This document shows, piece after piece, positions 1 through 10,725 of a stretch of 64,000 bases of DNA. Below the pieces are notes generated by a model. The model was not told the origin of the DNA and made no database searches. It saw only the letters and a list, made by a program, of their open reading frames with translations. Every line of letters begins with the position of its first letter. Position 1 is the stretch's first letter. Source of the DNA: Candidatus Binatia bacterium (GTDB taxonomy: Bacteria; Desulfobacterota; Binatia; Bin18); the NCBI GenBank assembly GCA_963664395.2, contig OY761159.2, positions 3,136,001-3,200,000 on the forward strand. Reading direction: 5' to 3'. A program made the position numbers and the translations under genes.

Positions 1-1302
1 GCGATCCACGACGGGCGCCCGCCTGGTCCCGGCTCCCAAGGTAACCGAGCCGGGTGGGCGCTCAAACGGGTCCACCAGATCGATCGCCTGCGCGTGGTCC
101 TTCAGCGCTGGCATCACCTCTTCCGCGAATAAGCGCATGCTGGTGCGCCGCTCGTCATCACTGTGTGGCCCCTGAAGGTGCAGGATGATGAAGATCCCGA
201 CCCGCAGGACGCTCATGATCGCCTTGATTTTGGGGATCACGGTCGTGGGCGTGCCGACGATCACCTGCATATTTTTCTGCCCGCGCTCGAGCGCCGCCTG
301 CAGCTTGCCCCGGATGGCAGCATAATCGATCTCGCCGTCCGCCGCGACCTGCTGCTGCTCTTTCAGCTTCTCGCCGCTGATCCCGAGCCATGCGCTGGTC
401 TGGGTCTTCGCCAAGGTGCGAATGGCCGCTTTCGAGTTGTAGCCCGGCGGCATCATGAATTCCGCCGCCGAGAAGGCATTCTGCCCTCCCCCGTAGACGA
501 ACCCCGCAGCGGCCTGCTGCGCTTTTTCCTCCGTCTCTCCCACGGCTGTTGCGACCATGTAGCCGAAATTCTCCGGCCCGGCTTGATAGCCATGTTGGGC
601 CGCTTCGTCCGCGTAGAAGTCCCACAACTCGCACGTGGCCGGTAGCGGGGTGCCAAGCCCGATATACGGATACCGATGTGCGGCACACCACTCGACGGTC
701 TCAGGGCTCAGCGTCCCGGGAATCCACATCGGCGGATAGGGTTTTTGGTAGGGTAGCGCCCACGGATTGACATGGCGATAATGAAAATGTTTGCCCTCGT
801 AGCGCCACGGTCCCGGGCGCGTCCAGGCTTCGATAATAAAGTCGTGCGCTTCGTTGAACATCTCCCGGTTATAGGCCGGATTGGCATTATTGAAGAACTG
901 CTCGCTGCCCGCGCCGCGCACCCAGCCGGTGACCAGGCGGCCGCGCGAGATGAGATCGATCTCGGCCAGCTCTTCGGCCATCCGCAGCGGATGTTTGATG
1001 ACCGGCAAGGGGTTCCCGACCAGAACAATCTTGGCTTTGCTGGTAATCCGAGCCAGGATAGAGGCTTCTACGTTCATGACCGACCCCATGCAGATCGGGT
1101 TGCCGTGATGCTCGTTCAGGGCCAGGGCGTCGAAGCCCAGGTCCTCGGCGTAGCAATATTCGTCGAGATAGTAATTGTAGTCATCGGCCGCCTTTTCACG
1201 GTCGAAATGCTGGTTCGAGATGGCGAAAAACGCCCGATTCTTCAAAATGAGCTCTTCGGGCAGCCAGCGATACGGCCGTTCAGTGAAATATCCGATTTGC
1301 AT
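1..1302 (-). CDS. LLM-class flavin-dependent oxidoreductase (3' end runs off window)
   Basis: Absent from the ORF track because it has no stop in the window. Manual translation from ATG 1302: MQIGYFTERPY...LGFDALALNEHH...AEELAEIDLISRGRL...PYQKPYPPMWIPG; open to base 1. Confidence 0.88.
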   Translation of the reverse strand, partial: MQIGYFTERPYRWLPEELILKNRAFFAISNQHFDREKAADDYNYYLDEYCYAEDLGFDALALNEHHGNPICMGSVMNVEASILARITSKAKIVLVGNPLPVIKHPLRMAEELAEIDLISRGRLVTGWVRGAGSEQFFNNANPAYNREMFNEAHDFIIEAWTRPGPWRYEGKHFHYRHVNPWALPYQKPYPPMWIPGTLSPETVEWCAAHRYPYIGLGTPLPATCELWDFYADEAAQHGYQAGPENFGYMVATAVGETEEKAQQAAAGFVYGGGQNAFSAAEFMMPPGYNSKAAIRTLAKTQTSAWLGISGEKLKEQQQVAADGEIDYAAIRGKLQAALERGQKNMQVIVGTPTTVIPKIKAIMSVLRVGIFIILHLQGPHSDDERRTSMRLFAEEVMPALKDHAQAIDLVDPFERPPGSVTLGAGTRRAPVVDR

Positions 1303-1488
1303 CTGGGGTTCCCTCGGTGGATTGTGGTCAGCTCAAGCCTGCGTTTTCGGCCCGCGACACCTCACTCCTCGCGCTTGCTCTCGGGATGACGCCCTGTGCC
1401 TTCGAGCGTCGCTTCCTGCGCGGGCTCTCGACTCATAGCATCGCTGTCGCCCCGCCGGAAGGCCGTTGTGGGTATTGTCAGGTACGCT

Positions 1489-2826
1489 TCACTGTGCTTG
1501 TTCCATTGTCGGATCAATCACCTCTGCAACGTGGGCCAGGCGGTGTTCGATCAGTCTGTCGCCGCCGCCCGTCACCCGAGAGCGAGCAGTTTCTTCCGGT
1601 TTGCCTTTGACTGCGGCGAGTTCGGCCCGCGAGCGTTGTGAGTTCGGCTTGGCTCGCTGGTAGTCCGGCAAGCCATCGGCTTCGCGGAATTCGGGCATGA
1701 CTTCCTCGGAAACGATCTGCATGTGCTTCATGACCATCCAGTTCGGCATCGGTCCGTAGGGCGAGCCCGGGCCGATCATACCACCCGCGCCAACTTCGTC
1801 GCAGTAGTGGCCGAGTTCGTTCTTGACCGTCTCCGGAGAGCCGACAATGATATAGCGATCGGCGATCAGCTCGTCATAGGTCAGGTTGGCTTGCGGTTTG
1901 ACCTTCCCTTTTTGCAGCAGGCCCATGAAGTTGCGAAACGACTTCGTCGACATATAGCCCGGCGGGAAAAAGAATTGGTCAGGGATTTTGAGCCCTGTGT
2001 TGAAGACCCACGACAGGTGGGCTTTAGCCTCGCGGTGAGCTTGTTCGTCGGTCTCGGCGACGTAGGTTGGTACGCAGGCGTTGAACATACTCTTGGGTGC
2101 GTCGTAACCGAGCCGATGACACTCTTCCCGCAGGCCGTCGAACGCCATCTTGGTGAACCACAAGGGAGAGAACACCATCATATAGGTGTATTTGTGTTTC
2201 GCAATGAACTGTAACGTTTCGAGCGAGCCTTGGCCTGGGATCCAGATCGGCGGATGTGGTTGCTGAATCGGGCGTGGAATTGGATTGACATTAGGGACGT
2301 AGAAATGATCGCCCTGCCAGGTAAATGGGCCGTCATCAGTCCAGGCTTTGAGGATCAAGTCATGGGCTTCATTGAAGCGTTCCAGCGAATCGGCCGGCGC
2401 GATACCGTTGTTGAAATATTCACAACCGATGCCGCGCACAAAGCCTGAAATAATGCGACCGCCCGAAATAACGTCGAGCAGGGCGATTTCCTCGGCGACA
2501 CGCAGGGGGTTGCCATGCAGGGGGATGGCATTGCCGATAATGCCGATCGGGATTTCTTTCGTCCGCTGCACAAGCATCGCTGCGATAATGTTTGGCGACG
2601 GCATAGTGCCATAGAAATTCGCGTGATGTTCGTTGACAGCAATCGCGTCGAAACCGAATTGTTCAGCGGCGGCGAGTTGGTCGAGGTATTCGTTGTACAG
2701 CGAGTGGCCGCGATGTGGGTCATAATACTTATTCGACAACGACACCCAGGTTGACTGGATTTCAGACGCCGGCGGAATATACGGGTAGGGCATCAAGTGA
2801 AAGAAATAAAAACGCAGCTTGTTCAT
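1489..2826 (-). CDS. LLM-class flavin-dependent oxidoreductase
   Basis: GFDAIAVNEHH, AEEIALLDVISGGR, PRPIQQPHPPIW and IVGSPETV motifs of the luciferase-like family. Confidence 0.92.
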   Translation of the reverse strand: MNKLRFYFFHLMPYPYIPPASEIQSTWVSLSNKYYDPHRGHSLYNEYLDQLAAAEQFGFDAIAVNEHHANFYGTMPSPNIIAAMLVQRTKEIPIGIIGNAIPLHGNPLRVAEEIALLDVISGGRIISGFVRGIGCEYFNNGIAPADSLERFNEAHDLILKAWTDDGPFTWQGDHFYVPNVNPIPRPIQQPHPPIWIPGQGSLETLQFIAKHKYTYMMVFSPLWFTKMAFDGLREECHRLGYDAPKSMFNACVPTYVAETDEQAHREAKAHLSWVFNTGLKIPDQFFFPPGYMSTKSFRNFMGLLQKGKVKPQANLTYDELIADRYIIVGSPETVKNELGHYCDEVGAGGMIGPGSPYGPMPNWMVMKHMQIVSEEVMPEFREADGLPDYQRAKPNSQRSRAELAAVKGKPEETARSRVTGGGDRLIEHRLAHVAEVIDPTMEQAQ

Positions 2827-3653
2827 TGTGTAGCCTCCTCGATAAAAACCGTCAGAATAGCAGCGAGTTCACGCGGCCGTTCCAAAAGCGGTTCGTGGCC
2901 GGTGCCCGCGATGCGGATCAGTCGGCAGTTAGGTAATACTGCGGCAAATTTATCCGACATGGCGTTAGGGACGAGGCGGTCTTCTTCAGCCCCAATTACC
3001 TGGGTTGGACAGGTCAGTCGCTGTAGGCGGTGTTCGAGCTTGAGGTTGTAGCGCGGTGCCCACATGAGGCGCGCCGCGGCAGAGGATTCACTATACATAT
3101 GAATGCCTTCATCGAAATCCTCCCCGTCCGGTAACCATGCCTGCATCACGTCCTTGTCCTTGAATAGACGGTCCATGACTTCGGGGGGGGAGAGCTGAAA
3201 AATGTCGACTCCAGGATCGTCTTCAAGACGCAGTCCAACCGGTGTGATGAGCGAGAGCGATTTGAGCCGGCGCGGATAAAACGAAGCAAACTCGGCGGCT
3301 GCCCAGCCACCCATCGAAAAACCAATGAGGTGGATTTGGGAGAGTTCAAGCTGCTCGAACAACTGGTCATAGAGGATGGTGAGATCATCGAAACCGCGTA
3401 CCCACTGCGGCAGCGGAGTTTCACCAAAACCGGGGCACTCAGGGGCAACGAAGTCCAGTTTTTCTGCAAGCATGGCATAGAACGGAAGCCACATGCGTGT
3501 GAAGCCGGCCCCGTGAAACAAAACCGTAGCTTCGCCCGCCCCCTCGCGGCGATACGCGATCGGAAGGCCAAGCACTTCTTCAAAATAGGGCTCGGTATAA
3601 TGCTTCTGCGGTCTTGGTATGTCGATTTTCTCGACGACGTCGATATAACTCAT
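2823..3653 (-). CDS. alpha/beta-fold hydrolase
   Basis: HG oxyanion motif, GFSMGG nucleophile elbow, EEDRLV acid and GTGH His; overlaps the downstream LLM start. Confidence 0.9.
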   Translation of the reverse strand: MSYIDVVEKIDIPRPQKHYTEPYFEEVLGLPIAYRREGAGEATVLFHGAGFTRMWLPFYAMLAEKLDFVAPECPGFGETPLPQWVRGFDDLTILYDQLFEQLELSQIHLIGFSMGGWAAAEFASFYPRRLKSLSLITPVGLRLEDDPGVDIFQLSPPEVMDRLFKDKDVMQAWLPDGEDFDEGIHMYSESSAAARLMWAPRYNLKLEHRLQRLTCPTQVIGAEEDRLVPNAMSDKFAAVLPNCRLIRIAGTGHEPLLERPRELAAILTVFIEEATQ

Positions 3654-3667
3654 GCGCGTGAATCCTC

Positions 3668-3760
3668 CTAAGAACGCTCTGCATCTAACCTCACGCTACG
3701 TGAGTTCATGTCTTCGAGCGCGATCCGGTAGAGCTTCGCCACGTTGTGGCAGACGATCTG
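3668..3760 (-). pseudogene. C-terminal remnant of an amidohydrolase-family gene
   Basis: Frame reads QIVCHNVAKLYRI...*, like the tails of the window's intact amidohydrolases (KILGLNAAQVF); no upstream coding part. Confidence 0.5.
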
Positions 3761-4047
3761 TCCATACCGTGGTATGACCCTCACTGTTTTCTTTAGTTGT
3801 CAAACATGACGAGCGCAAGGTTGTGGCCTCAATTCCATGCTTACGGAGGCGGAGCTGCTTGTCCAACGATATGTACAGGAGTACAACGGCTCCGAGAGCA
3901 GGCTCCGACCTGTGATGAAGCTGAACTACGTACGCGAGTTGTGACACAGCAAAGGTCTAGGGGCCTATCGCACGCGAAAGCGGCGCTTCGATCTGGATGC
4001 TGAGCATTTGGAAGACCTCGCTGTCATGAATGTAGGGGGCAACGCGT

Positions 4048-4293
4048 ATGCCTGCGTTAACCGATTTGAGGAACCAAGCATGCATCGTCGGCATCGGCGA
4101 AACAGACTACACGCGCGGTACGCCTAAGAGCGCGCTCGAACTCGCCCTGGACGCGTCGCTGGGCGCGATCGAGGATGCCGGCATACAGCCTGGAGACATC
4201 GACGCGGTGGTTCTCATAAACAGGGGGAAGGGGCGGCTCAAGGCGCCTTCCCTGCGGGAGGTGGCGCCGTGGCTCTCACCGATGAGTCAGTAG
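4048..4293 (+). pseudogene. Truncated thiolase/lipid-transfer-like protein (N-terminus only)
   Basis: ACIVGIGETDYTRG..SALELALDAS..AIEDAGIQPGDIDAV is a thiolase-like N-terminus; it then switches to unrelated sequence and stops in a REP. Confidence 0.7.
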
Positions 4294-4368
4294 GTCGGAT
4301 TAGCGAAGCGTAATCCGACACTCCTCCCCGCCCCCGCCATGTCGGCTTACGCCTACGGCTAAGCCGAC
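4290..4368. repeat. GTAG-family REP doublet, copy 1
   Basis: GTAGGTCGGATTAGCGAAGCGTAATCCGACA...TGTCGGCTTACGCCTACGGCTAAGCCGAC; near-identical to 5524-5606. Confidence 0.85.
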
Positions 4369-4390
4369 ATGGCGGGCTGGTGGAAGCCAA

Positions 4391-4536
4391 GAAGCCGGTC
4401 TGACTCAGGCGCAGGTCGCAGCGCGCGTACGAACAAAGCCAATGCCACCTTGCTGTACCGTATCGAAGCTATTTGCCACTCTGCGGGTTTTGAGTCACCG
4501 ACGATCTGTACACCCCAGCAACTAATGGAGGGCTAA
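4391..4536 (+). pseudogene. Chimeric scar: XRE-HTH antitoxin fragment joined to a PIN/VapC-like toxin C-terminus
   Basis: EAGLTQAQVAARVRTK (XRE helix), then in another frame ANATLLYRIEAICHSAGFESPTICTPQQLMEG*. Confidence 0.55.
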
Positions 4537-4540
4537 AATT

Positions 4541-4729
4541 ATGTGGCGCTATCCAATTGTAGAAGAAGTCCGGTTCTACTGTGAGGCATACTCTGCCCAA
4601 TTCAACTATAATCTGAAGGCGATTTACCAGGATTTACGTGAACGGCAGAAGAAAAGCGGCCGGAAAATCTTCTCATTACCTCTCAAACGTGTACAAAAGA
4701 GAGTATCTGAAAGCCAACCTGCTTCCTAA
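4541..4729 (+). CDS. Small hypothetical protein (MWxxPIVEEVR type, usually downstream of PIN toxins)
   Basis: GGAGG RBS; MWRYPIVEEVR...AQFNYNLKAIYQDL...KKSGRK pattern. Confidence 0.6.
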   Translation: MWRYPIVEEVRFYCEAYSAQFNYNLKAIYQDLRERQKKSGRKIFSLPLKRVQKRVSESQPAS

Positions 4730-4804
4730 TCGGACGGCTACAATCTGATTGCGTCCTGCTACGCAGTCTGCAACGGCTGAGCGGGGACCGTTACTTTTTG
4801 ACCG

Positions 4805-5440
4805 ATGGCTGACAAACGCAAACCGTAAACATCCCCTGGTCCCGCAATCTCGAAATCGCAACCCAATGATGATTTCACGCTAACTCCGGCGCTCTACTAC
4901 GACGCGATTCACTACTACGATTCTGCGCGCATTGCTGATGCATCAGGAGATACCTATACCTGTGACCGCTTCAAACGTTCGTCTCTGCTCGCCGCCTTCA
5001 GTTTTTTCGAGGCTCAACTTAACCAAATTGCCTTTGCATATGCCGACACTCATCGAGACCGTATTGGGCAAATCGAGATCGATATTCTTGAGGAGATGGA
5101 AACTGTCATGGATGATCGAGGTGATATCATCCGCAAAAACAAGTTCTACAGAACAGAATCCCGATTTTTATTTCTTGCGTATTTTCTAACCGGTCAAGAC
5201 TTTGACCGTAGTGGTAAACTATGGCAGCAATTTCAGGTTGCCAGGAAATTACGTGACCGTTGGACGCACCCAAAACCACCCTTTGACACTTGGTCGCTCT
5301 CCCTTTCCGATGTCTATTCAGCGATAACTGTCACCCGTGATCTATTCATCGAGCTGTCAGAAATGATGGATGCCGATCCACCGCTATGGTTGAAACCTGT
5401 AGACGATGTACTCGACGAAATACACCGCGAGGCCGGATGA
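4805..5440 (+). pseudogene. HEPN-like protein with a premature stop at codon 8
   Basis: ATG 4805 is in frame with ORF 5096-5440. TAA at 4826-4828 is the only interruption. Contains FSFFEAQLN and an RxxxxH motif (RDRWTH). Confidence 0.55.
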
Positions 5441-5523
5441 ATCGTGATATCAAAATGGAATGCCCCGAAGCGGCAAAGCGGTGCGGATTTGAAATATGAA
5501 CTGAGGATTGGGGGATGTAGTCA

Positions 5524-5606
5524 GTAGGTCGGATTAGCGAAGCGTAATCCGACACTCCTCCCAGTCCCCGCCATGTCGGCTTACGCCTACGGCTAAGCCG
5601 ACCTAC
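5524..5606. repeat. GTAG-family REP doublet, copy 2
   Basis: Complete GTAG...CTAC inverted REP pair, followed by further palindromes (GCCGGATCAAGTCCGGC near 5676-5692). Confidence 0.85.
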
Positions 5607-5779
5607 CAGGCTCAGGGCCAACAGGAAGCCGTCTGTGCTAAGCGTAGCCCGGCAGGGCAGAGTCGAAGCATGGAGGCCGGATCAAGTCCGGCATGACGAA
5701 GGCGTACTGGTACAGCTACAACTTATCGTGAAACGCCCGAGTGAGGCAACAATCCGTTAGCCGGAGAGGCGCAAAGAAT

Positions 5780-7462
5780 TTATTCGTCCGTCACGCAGCC
5801 TTCGGAGGCATTTTTCACGCTCTTGATATATTTGTACAGCGTCCCGCGCGTCGCCTTGTACGGCGGCATGGTCCACTGTGCCTGACGGCGTGCCATTTCC
5901 TCGTCACTGACGGCAACCTCAAGGCTGTTTTGCTCCGCATCAATGGTGATGATGTCGCCGTCCTGAATCAGGCCGATCGGGCCGCCTTCCTGAGCTTCGG
6001 GGACGATATGACCGATGAGGAAACCGTGCGAGCCGCCGGAAAAACGTCCATCGGTCAAGAGCGCGACACCCCCACCCAGACCGGCACCCACCAGGGCTGA
6101 CGTGGGGGTCAACATTTCCGGCATACCCGGTCCGCCTTTCGGACCCTCGTAGCGAATGACCACGACATCGCCGTGTTTGATCTCCTGGCGTTCGAGCGCG
6201 TGCAGCATGTCCTCTTCCGAGTCGAAGACCTTGGCCGGTCCAGTGAAAACCAAACCTTCTTTCCCGGTAATTTTACCCACCGCCCCACCTGGTGCGAGAT
6301 TGCCCTTGAGAATACAAATATGCCCCGTCTCTTTAATCGGACGTTCGAGCGGTTGAATAATGTCCTGTTCTTCCGGGAGGCCAGGAAGATCCCGCAGATT
6401 TTCGGCCAGGGTCTTGCCCGTCACCGTCAGGCAGTCACCATGCAGCAGCCCTTTGTCCAGGAGATACTGCATCACTGCCGGAGTGCCGCCGATATTATGC
6501 AGATCTTCCATCATGTACTTGCCGCTGGGCTTGAGGTCGGCCACATACGGCACACGGTCACTCACCGCCTGGAAGTCGTCGATGGTGAGTGCCACGTCAA
6601 CAGCGCGAGCCATAGCGATCAGATGCAGCACGGCGTTGGTGGAGCCGCCTAGCGCCATGACCATGGTCATGGCGTTTTCGAACGCTTGACGGGTCATGAT
6701 ATCGCGCGGTTTGATATCCTGCTCCAGCAAGGCGCGCATCGCCTGTCCAGCCCGGAGGCTCTCGTCGAGCTTGCCGGGGTCGGTGGCCGGCGTCGAGGAG
6801 CTGAACGGCAGGCTCATGCCCAGCGCTTCAATGGCTGAGGCCATGGTGTTGGCGGTGTACATGCCGCCACACGCCCCGGCGCCGGGGCAGGCATGGCGGA
6901 CGACATCCTGGCGCTCGGCGTCGGTGATGGTTTTGGCAATATACTGGCCATAGCACTGGAACGCCGACACGATATCGAGCGTCTTACCGCCGCTGTGACC
7001 GGGGCGGATGGTGCCGCCGTAGATCATCAAGGCCGGGCGATTCACACGTCCCATCGCCATGATGACGCCGGGCATATTTTTGTCGCAGCCGGGGATGGTG
7101 ATGAGGCCGTCATACCATTGCGCACCCATAACGGTTTCGATGGAGTCGGCGATGAGGTCGCGCGATTGCAGCGAGAAGCTCATGCCGCTTGTGCCCATAG
7201 AAATGCCGTCGGACACCCCAATCGTGTTGAAACGCATCCCGACCATGTCGGCGGCAACCACGCCCTCTTTGACCTTCGTGGCGATGTCGCCCAGGTGCAT
7301 GTTGCACGGATTGCCGTCGAACCACACGCTGGCGATACCGACTTGGGCGCTCTGCATATCGGCTTCGGTCAGCCCCGTGGCGTACAGCATAGCCTGAGAC
7401 GCCCCCTGCGACTTGGGCTGGGTGATGTGGGCGCTGGTACGATTCAGTTGTGTGTCAGCCAT
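5780..7462 (-). CDS. ilvD: Dihydroxy-acid dehydratase
   Basis: [56 protein letters not shown] and TDGRFSG motifs. Confidence 0.97.
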   Translation of the reverse strand: MADTQLNRTSAHITQPKSQGASQAMLYATGLTEADMQSAQVGIASVWFDGNPCNMHLGDIATKVKEGVVAADMVGMRFNTIGVSDGISMGTSGMSFSLQSRDLIADSIETVMGAQWYDGLITIPGCDKNMPGVIMAMGRVNRPALMIYGGTIRPGHSGGKTLDIVSAFQCYGQYIAKTITDAERQDVVRHACPGAGACGGMYTANTMASAIEALGMSLPFSSSTPATDPGKLDESLRAGQAMRALLEQDIKPRDIMTRQAFENAMTMVMALGGSTNAVLHLIAMARAVDVALTIDDFQAVSDRVPYVADLKPSGKYMMEDLHNIGGTPAVMQYLLDKGLLHGDCLTVTGKTLAENLRDLPGLPEEQDIIQPLERPIKETGHICILKGNLAPGGAVGKITGKEGLVFTGPAKVFDSEEDMLHALERQEIKHGDVVVIRYEGPKGGPGMPEMLTPTSALVGAGLGGGVALLTDGRFSGGSHGFLIGHIVPEAQEGGPIGLIQDGDIITIDAEQNSLEVAVSDEEMARRQAQWTMPPYKATRGTLYKYIKSVKNASEGCVTDE

Positions 7463-7613
7463 GATAATTCCTCACGAAAAACCGCTCGGGGCGCGCAGGA
7501 TAAAAATGACGGCCACTCATGACGGGACGGGCGACCTCGCAGACGACAAGGTCGCCCGGCGGCATCCAGGCACGTCCTGCGGCGCGTGCCAGCACTTTTT
7601 CCGTCATTGTCAA
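7455..7613 (-). pseudogene. N-terminal remnant of a LeuC/aconitase-family large subunit, overlapping the ilvD start
   Basis: LTMTEKVLARAAGRAWMPPGDLVVCEV matches the LeuC/HacA N-terminus; the frame ends at TGA 7455-7457. Confidence 0.55.
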
Positions 7614-7922
7614 CAGCCTACTATTCTCCCTCAACGCCGATCAAAAGAGTGTTTTAGTGGAGTGACGACGCAGTCTACTGAGAAGCCCCAGAGCTGTCAA
7701 CGTATACTGCGAGATGGAGCGATGCTGGGCCAGAGCGAAGCATCCCACCAACATGCCCTGGAGGAACGTGAGGCGCAGCTGCTCCTCGTTTTTGTTGCCC
7801 AAACGCGCTACCCTGGGCCGATCTTTTACGCGGCAAGCCTGCATGGAAGCTTCGATGTGAGGAGCCCGTCCAGGTATTCTGTGACGGCTGATCAAACAAC
7901 ACGCAGCCCAAGGGAGCAACAC

Positions 7923-8063
7923 ATGACCATCGACCAACACAACGATTTGGAAGCGATCCGCCAGCTCAAAGCGCTCTCGGAAGACGGCAACCCACAGCTT
8001 GGTACTGTCCTGAAGATTGCCAAGGCGTTGGGGTTGGAGTTCAGGGTCAAGCCGGCCGCGTAG
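7923..8063 (+). pseudogene. Chimeric scar: SnoaL/NTF2-like N-terminus + addiction-module antidote C-terminus
   Basis: MTIDQHNDLEAIRQLKA joined in frame to LSEDGNPQLGTVLKIAKALGLEF. Confidence 0.6.
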
Positions 8064-8261
8064 CACGGGTTGCTTAAGGATGAGAAAGTAGGATCGTGTA
8101 TGAGAAAAGCATATGGATGTAGATGCCTGGCAGTATATAAATCTATATGCATGTGCAGGCAGGATAATTATAGTTAGGTGGCATACCTCCGCTAGGTGGA
8201 GTCGTAGTCATCCGCATCTAAAGCGACAGACAAATATGGCGAGAGTACCGGAGGAGAACCC

Positions 8262-8621
8262 ATGCACATATTAGCCATCATATGGCATCCCAATGCCCGT
8301 TGGCACGCTTTGAGTGAAGTTGACAAACTCGCGTATCTGAAATCGCTGGACGTCTATATAAACGCTGGGCGTGCAGGCGGCGCGGTCGTTTTGGGCTGGA
8401 GTAAGATTGACCAAACTCTACCGAAAGCTCCCGAAAAGGGGTTCGTCGGAGTTTTTGGGCTGAGCAGCGCTGAACAAGTTCACGAATTTGAGAAAGTTGT
8501 CGTAGAAGCCGAGTGGTACGAGTACTTTGATTCTGCGAATATCAGCATTGATCTACTTGGTGCAACCGAACCAGAGCCGCACAAGATTTATGCCAGGCTG
8601 CTGAACGTATCGCTAGGATAA
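8262..8621 (+). CDS. Small dimeric alpha/beta-barrel-like protein (DUF6616-like)
   Basis: GGAGGAG RBS; W..LS....L N-terminal motif and EAEWYEYFD. Confidence 0.55.
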   Translation: MHILAIIWHPNARWHALSEVDKLAYLKSLDVYINAGRAGGAVVLGWSKIDQTLPKAPEKGFVGVFGLSSAEQVHEFEKVVVEAEWYEYFDSANISIDLLGATEPEPHKIYARLLNVSLG

Positions 8622-8749
8622 CGGTAAAGATTGTGTCTAGAAGCTATCTCATAAATAGGAGAGCCGCCACTTTTGCCTAGGATCGGCGGCCTATAGAGCA
8701 CCCGTCAGACATTTATGAGATAGCTTCTAGCAGATGTGGGATCACGAGT

Positions 8750-9088
8750 GTGATCGAGACTGACTATCTTATCGTCGGAGCCGGGGCTTCCGGTATGGCG
8801 TTTGCTGACGCGCTCATCGCTGAATGTGATGCTGACGTCGTGATGGTCGATCGGCGCCACTGTCCGGGCGGCCATTGGAACGATGCTTACCCGTTCGTGC
8901 GCATTCACCACGCCTCGGCCTGCTACGGGGTCAACTCGCGGATGCTGGGCACGGATTCGATCGACCAAACCGGCCCGAACGCAGGATTCTATGAGCGCTC
9001 GACGGCTCTTGATCGCTGGCAGGCCAACGCCAAACAGGCGTTAAAAAATGCCGAACGGCTGCTGGCTGAAGCGTCGTCGCCGGGCTGA
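8750..9088 (+). pseudogene. Internally deleted FAD/NAD(P)-binding oxidoreductase
   Basis: Rossmann LIVGAGASG plus PGGHWNDAYPFVR, then a direct jump to a C-terminal-like helix; only 112 aa. Confidence 0.7.
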
Positions 9089-9239
9089 ATCGCGGCCGAT
9101 AACCGTGCAGTCGGATCGGAGTGCGGTCCCGGGGCGTGTCGGCCAATACGCTTCATGCCATGCTGAATGACGCCAAGCGTATTGAGGACGCCAAGCGCAG
9201 GGATGATACAGTCAATAATGACGAGAGAGGAGCCCAAAC

Positions 9240-10580
9240 GTGAAAAAATTGATGCATCTGAATGGTTTTGTGATGTTTGGCCCAATGAATCATTCTGTGG
9301 GCTCATGGTTGCATCCTGACAGCCAGGTCGCCGCCTCGTTTGCGAAACCTGAAATCTGGCAGGACATGGCGCGGACGCTGGAACGCGGCAAGTTCGATGC
9401 AATCTTTTTTGCCGATACCTTAGCCGCATTCGGGAATTACCGTAACCGGATGGACGAAGCGCTCACCCATGCTATCCAGTTTCCCATGCACGATCCGACC
9501 TTGGTCATCCCGATGCTGGCGGCGGTGACCGAGAGGCTCGGTTACGCGGTGACACTTTCCCTGACCTACTACCAGCCGTACATGGCGGTGCGCAAATTGA
9601 GCACGCTTGATCATCTGACCAAAGGGCGGATTGGATGGAACATCGTCACCTCCGCCCACGTGGCCGAGGCCGTGAACCTTGGAATGGAAAAAATGGTCCC
9701 GCACACCGAGCGCTATGAGCGTGCAGACGAATACATGGAGGTCTGCCACAAACTGTGGAACAGCTGGGAGCCAGACGCGGTAGTAGCGGACAAGAAGACG
9801 GGGGTGTTTGTTGATGCAAGCAAAGTCCACCCGATCAATCACAAAGGCAAATGGTTTTCATGCCCCGGTATTTCGGCGGTTGAACCCTCGCCGCAGGGGC
9901 ACCCCGTACTTTTTCAGGCGGGCGCGTCAGATGCAGGTCGTGACTTTTGCGCCAAGCATGCGGAGGCGGCATTTGGTGTGCAGCTCACCACGCGTGCATT
10001 GAAGTCTTTTGCCGACGATATGCGGGGAAGGTTAAAGAAAAACGGCAGAGATCCATCCCGCCTCAAGTACATCTGGGGCATTCAGACTATCCTGGGTGGG
10101 ACCGAAGCAGAGGCGAGGCGCAGGCATCAAGAGTTTAATGCATTGGTCCCGTATGAAGGCGGCCTCGCGCTCCTTTCCGGGCACTCCAACCATGATTTGT
10201 CGCAGTACGATCTTGATGAGCCGATTGAAGACATCGAGGTCGAAGGCATCCAAGGCTTATTGGATATTTTTACCAAGATGTATCAGGCCGGCGACTTAGG
10301 AAAAGACAAACTGACCATGCGCGAAGTCGGGAAAATCTACGGTGCAACGATTGGCTGCCCGCAAATTGTCGGGACGCCTGAACAAGTCGCTGACCAGATG
10401 GAAGCCATACTCGATGAAACCGGTGGCGACGGCTTTAACATCACACCGACAGTCATGCCGAACAACCTCAAAGAATTCGTTGACGAGGTCGTACCTGTAT
10501 TGCAAAAGCGCGGGCGGCACCGGCGCGAATACACCGGCGACACACTACGCGACCATCTCAATCAGGACGTCTGTGGGTAA
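9240..10580 (+). CDS. NtaA/DmoA/SnaA-family FMN-dependent monooxygenase
   Basis: LERGKFDAIFFAD, STLDHLTKGRIGWNIVTS, PSPQGHPVLFQAGAS and YTGDTLRDHL motifs. Confidence 0.93.
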   Translation: MKKLMHLNGFVMFGPMNHSVGSWLHPDSQVAASFAKPEIWQDMARTLERGKFDAIFFADTLAAFGNYRNRMDEALTHAIQFPMHDPTLVIPMLAAVTERLGYAVTLSLTYYQPYMAVRKLSTLDHLTKGRIGWNIVTSAHVAEAVNLGMEKMVPHTERYERADEYMEVCHKLWNSWEPDAVVADKKTGVFVDASKVHPINHKGKWFSCPGISAVEPSPQGHPVLFQAGASDAGRDFCAKHAEAAFGVQLTTRALKSFADDMRGRLKKNGRDPSRLKYIWGIQTILGGTEAEARRRHQEFNALVPYEGGLALLSGHSNHDLSQYDLDEPIEDIEVEGIQGLLDIFTKMYQAGDLGKDKLTMREVGKIYGATIGCPQIVGTPEQVADQMEAILDETGGDGFNITPTVMPNNLKEFVDEVVPVLQKRGRHRREYTGDTLRDHLNQDVCG

Positions 10581-10725
10581 GCAGGCCGAAGCCTGTTGCC
10601 CGCTGTCGCCGAGGGTGGGACACGCTTTGATGAGCGCGGTCTGGAGCTCGGCCCGTGTTAAATAAGAGCCCCACAGTTCCCATAGGACTGGGAACAGCTG
10701 AGCCGTCTCCCCGAGTTGCTGGCAG

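Noticed and set aside
4826-4828. Programmed stop-codon recoding in the HEPN-like gene
   Set aside because: The stop is TAA rather than TGA or TAG, no SECIS-like context is evident, and other genes use standard stops; a nonsense mutation is simpler.
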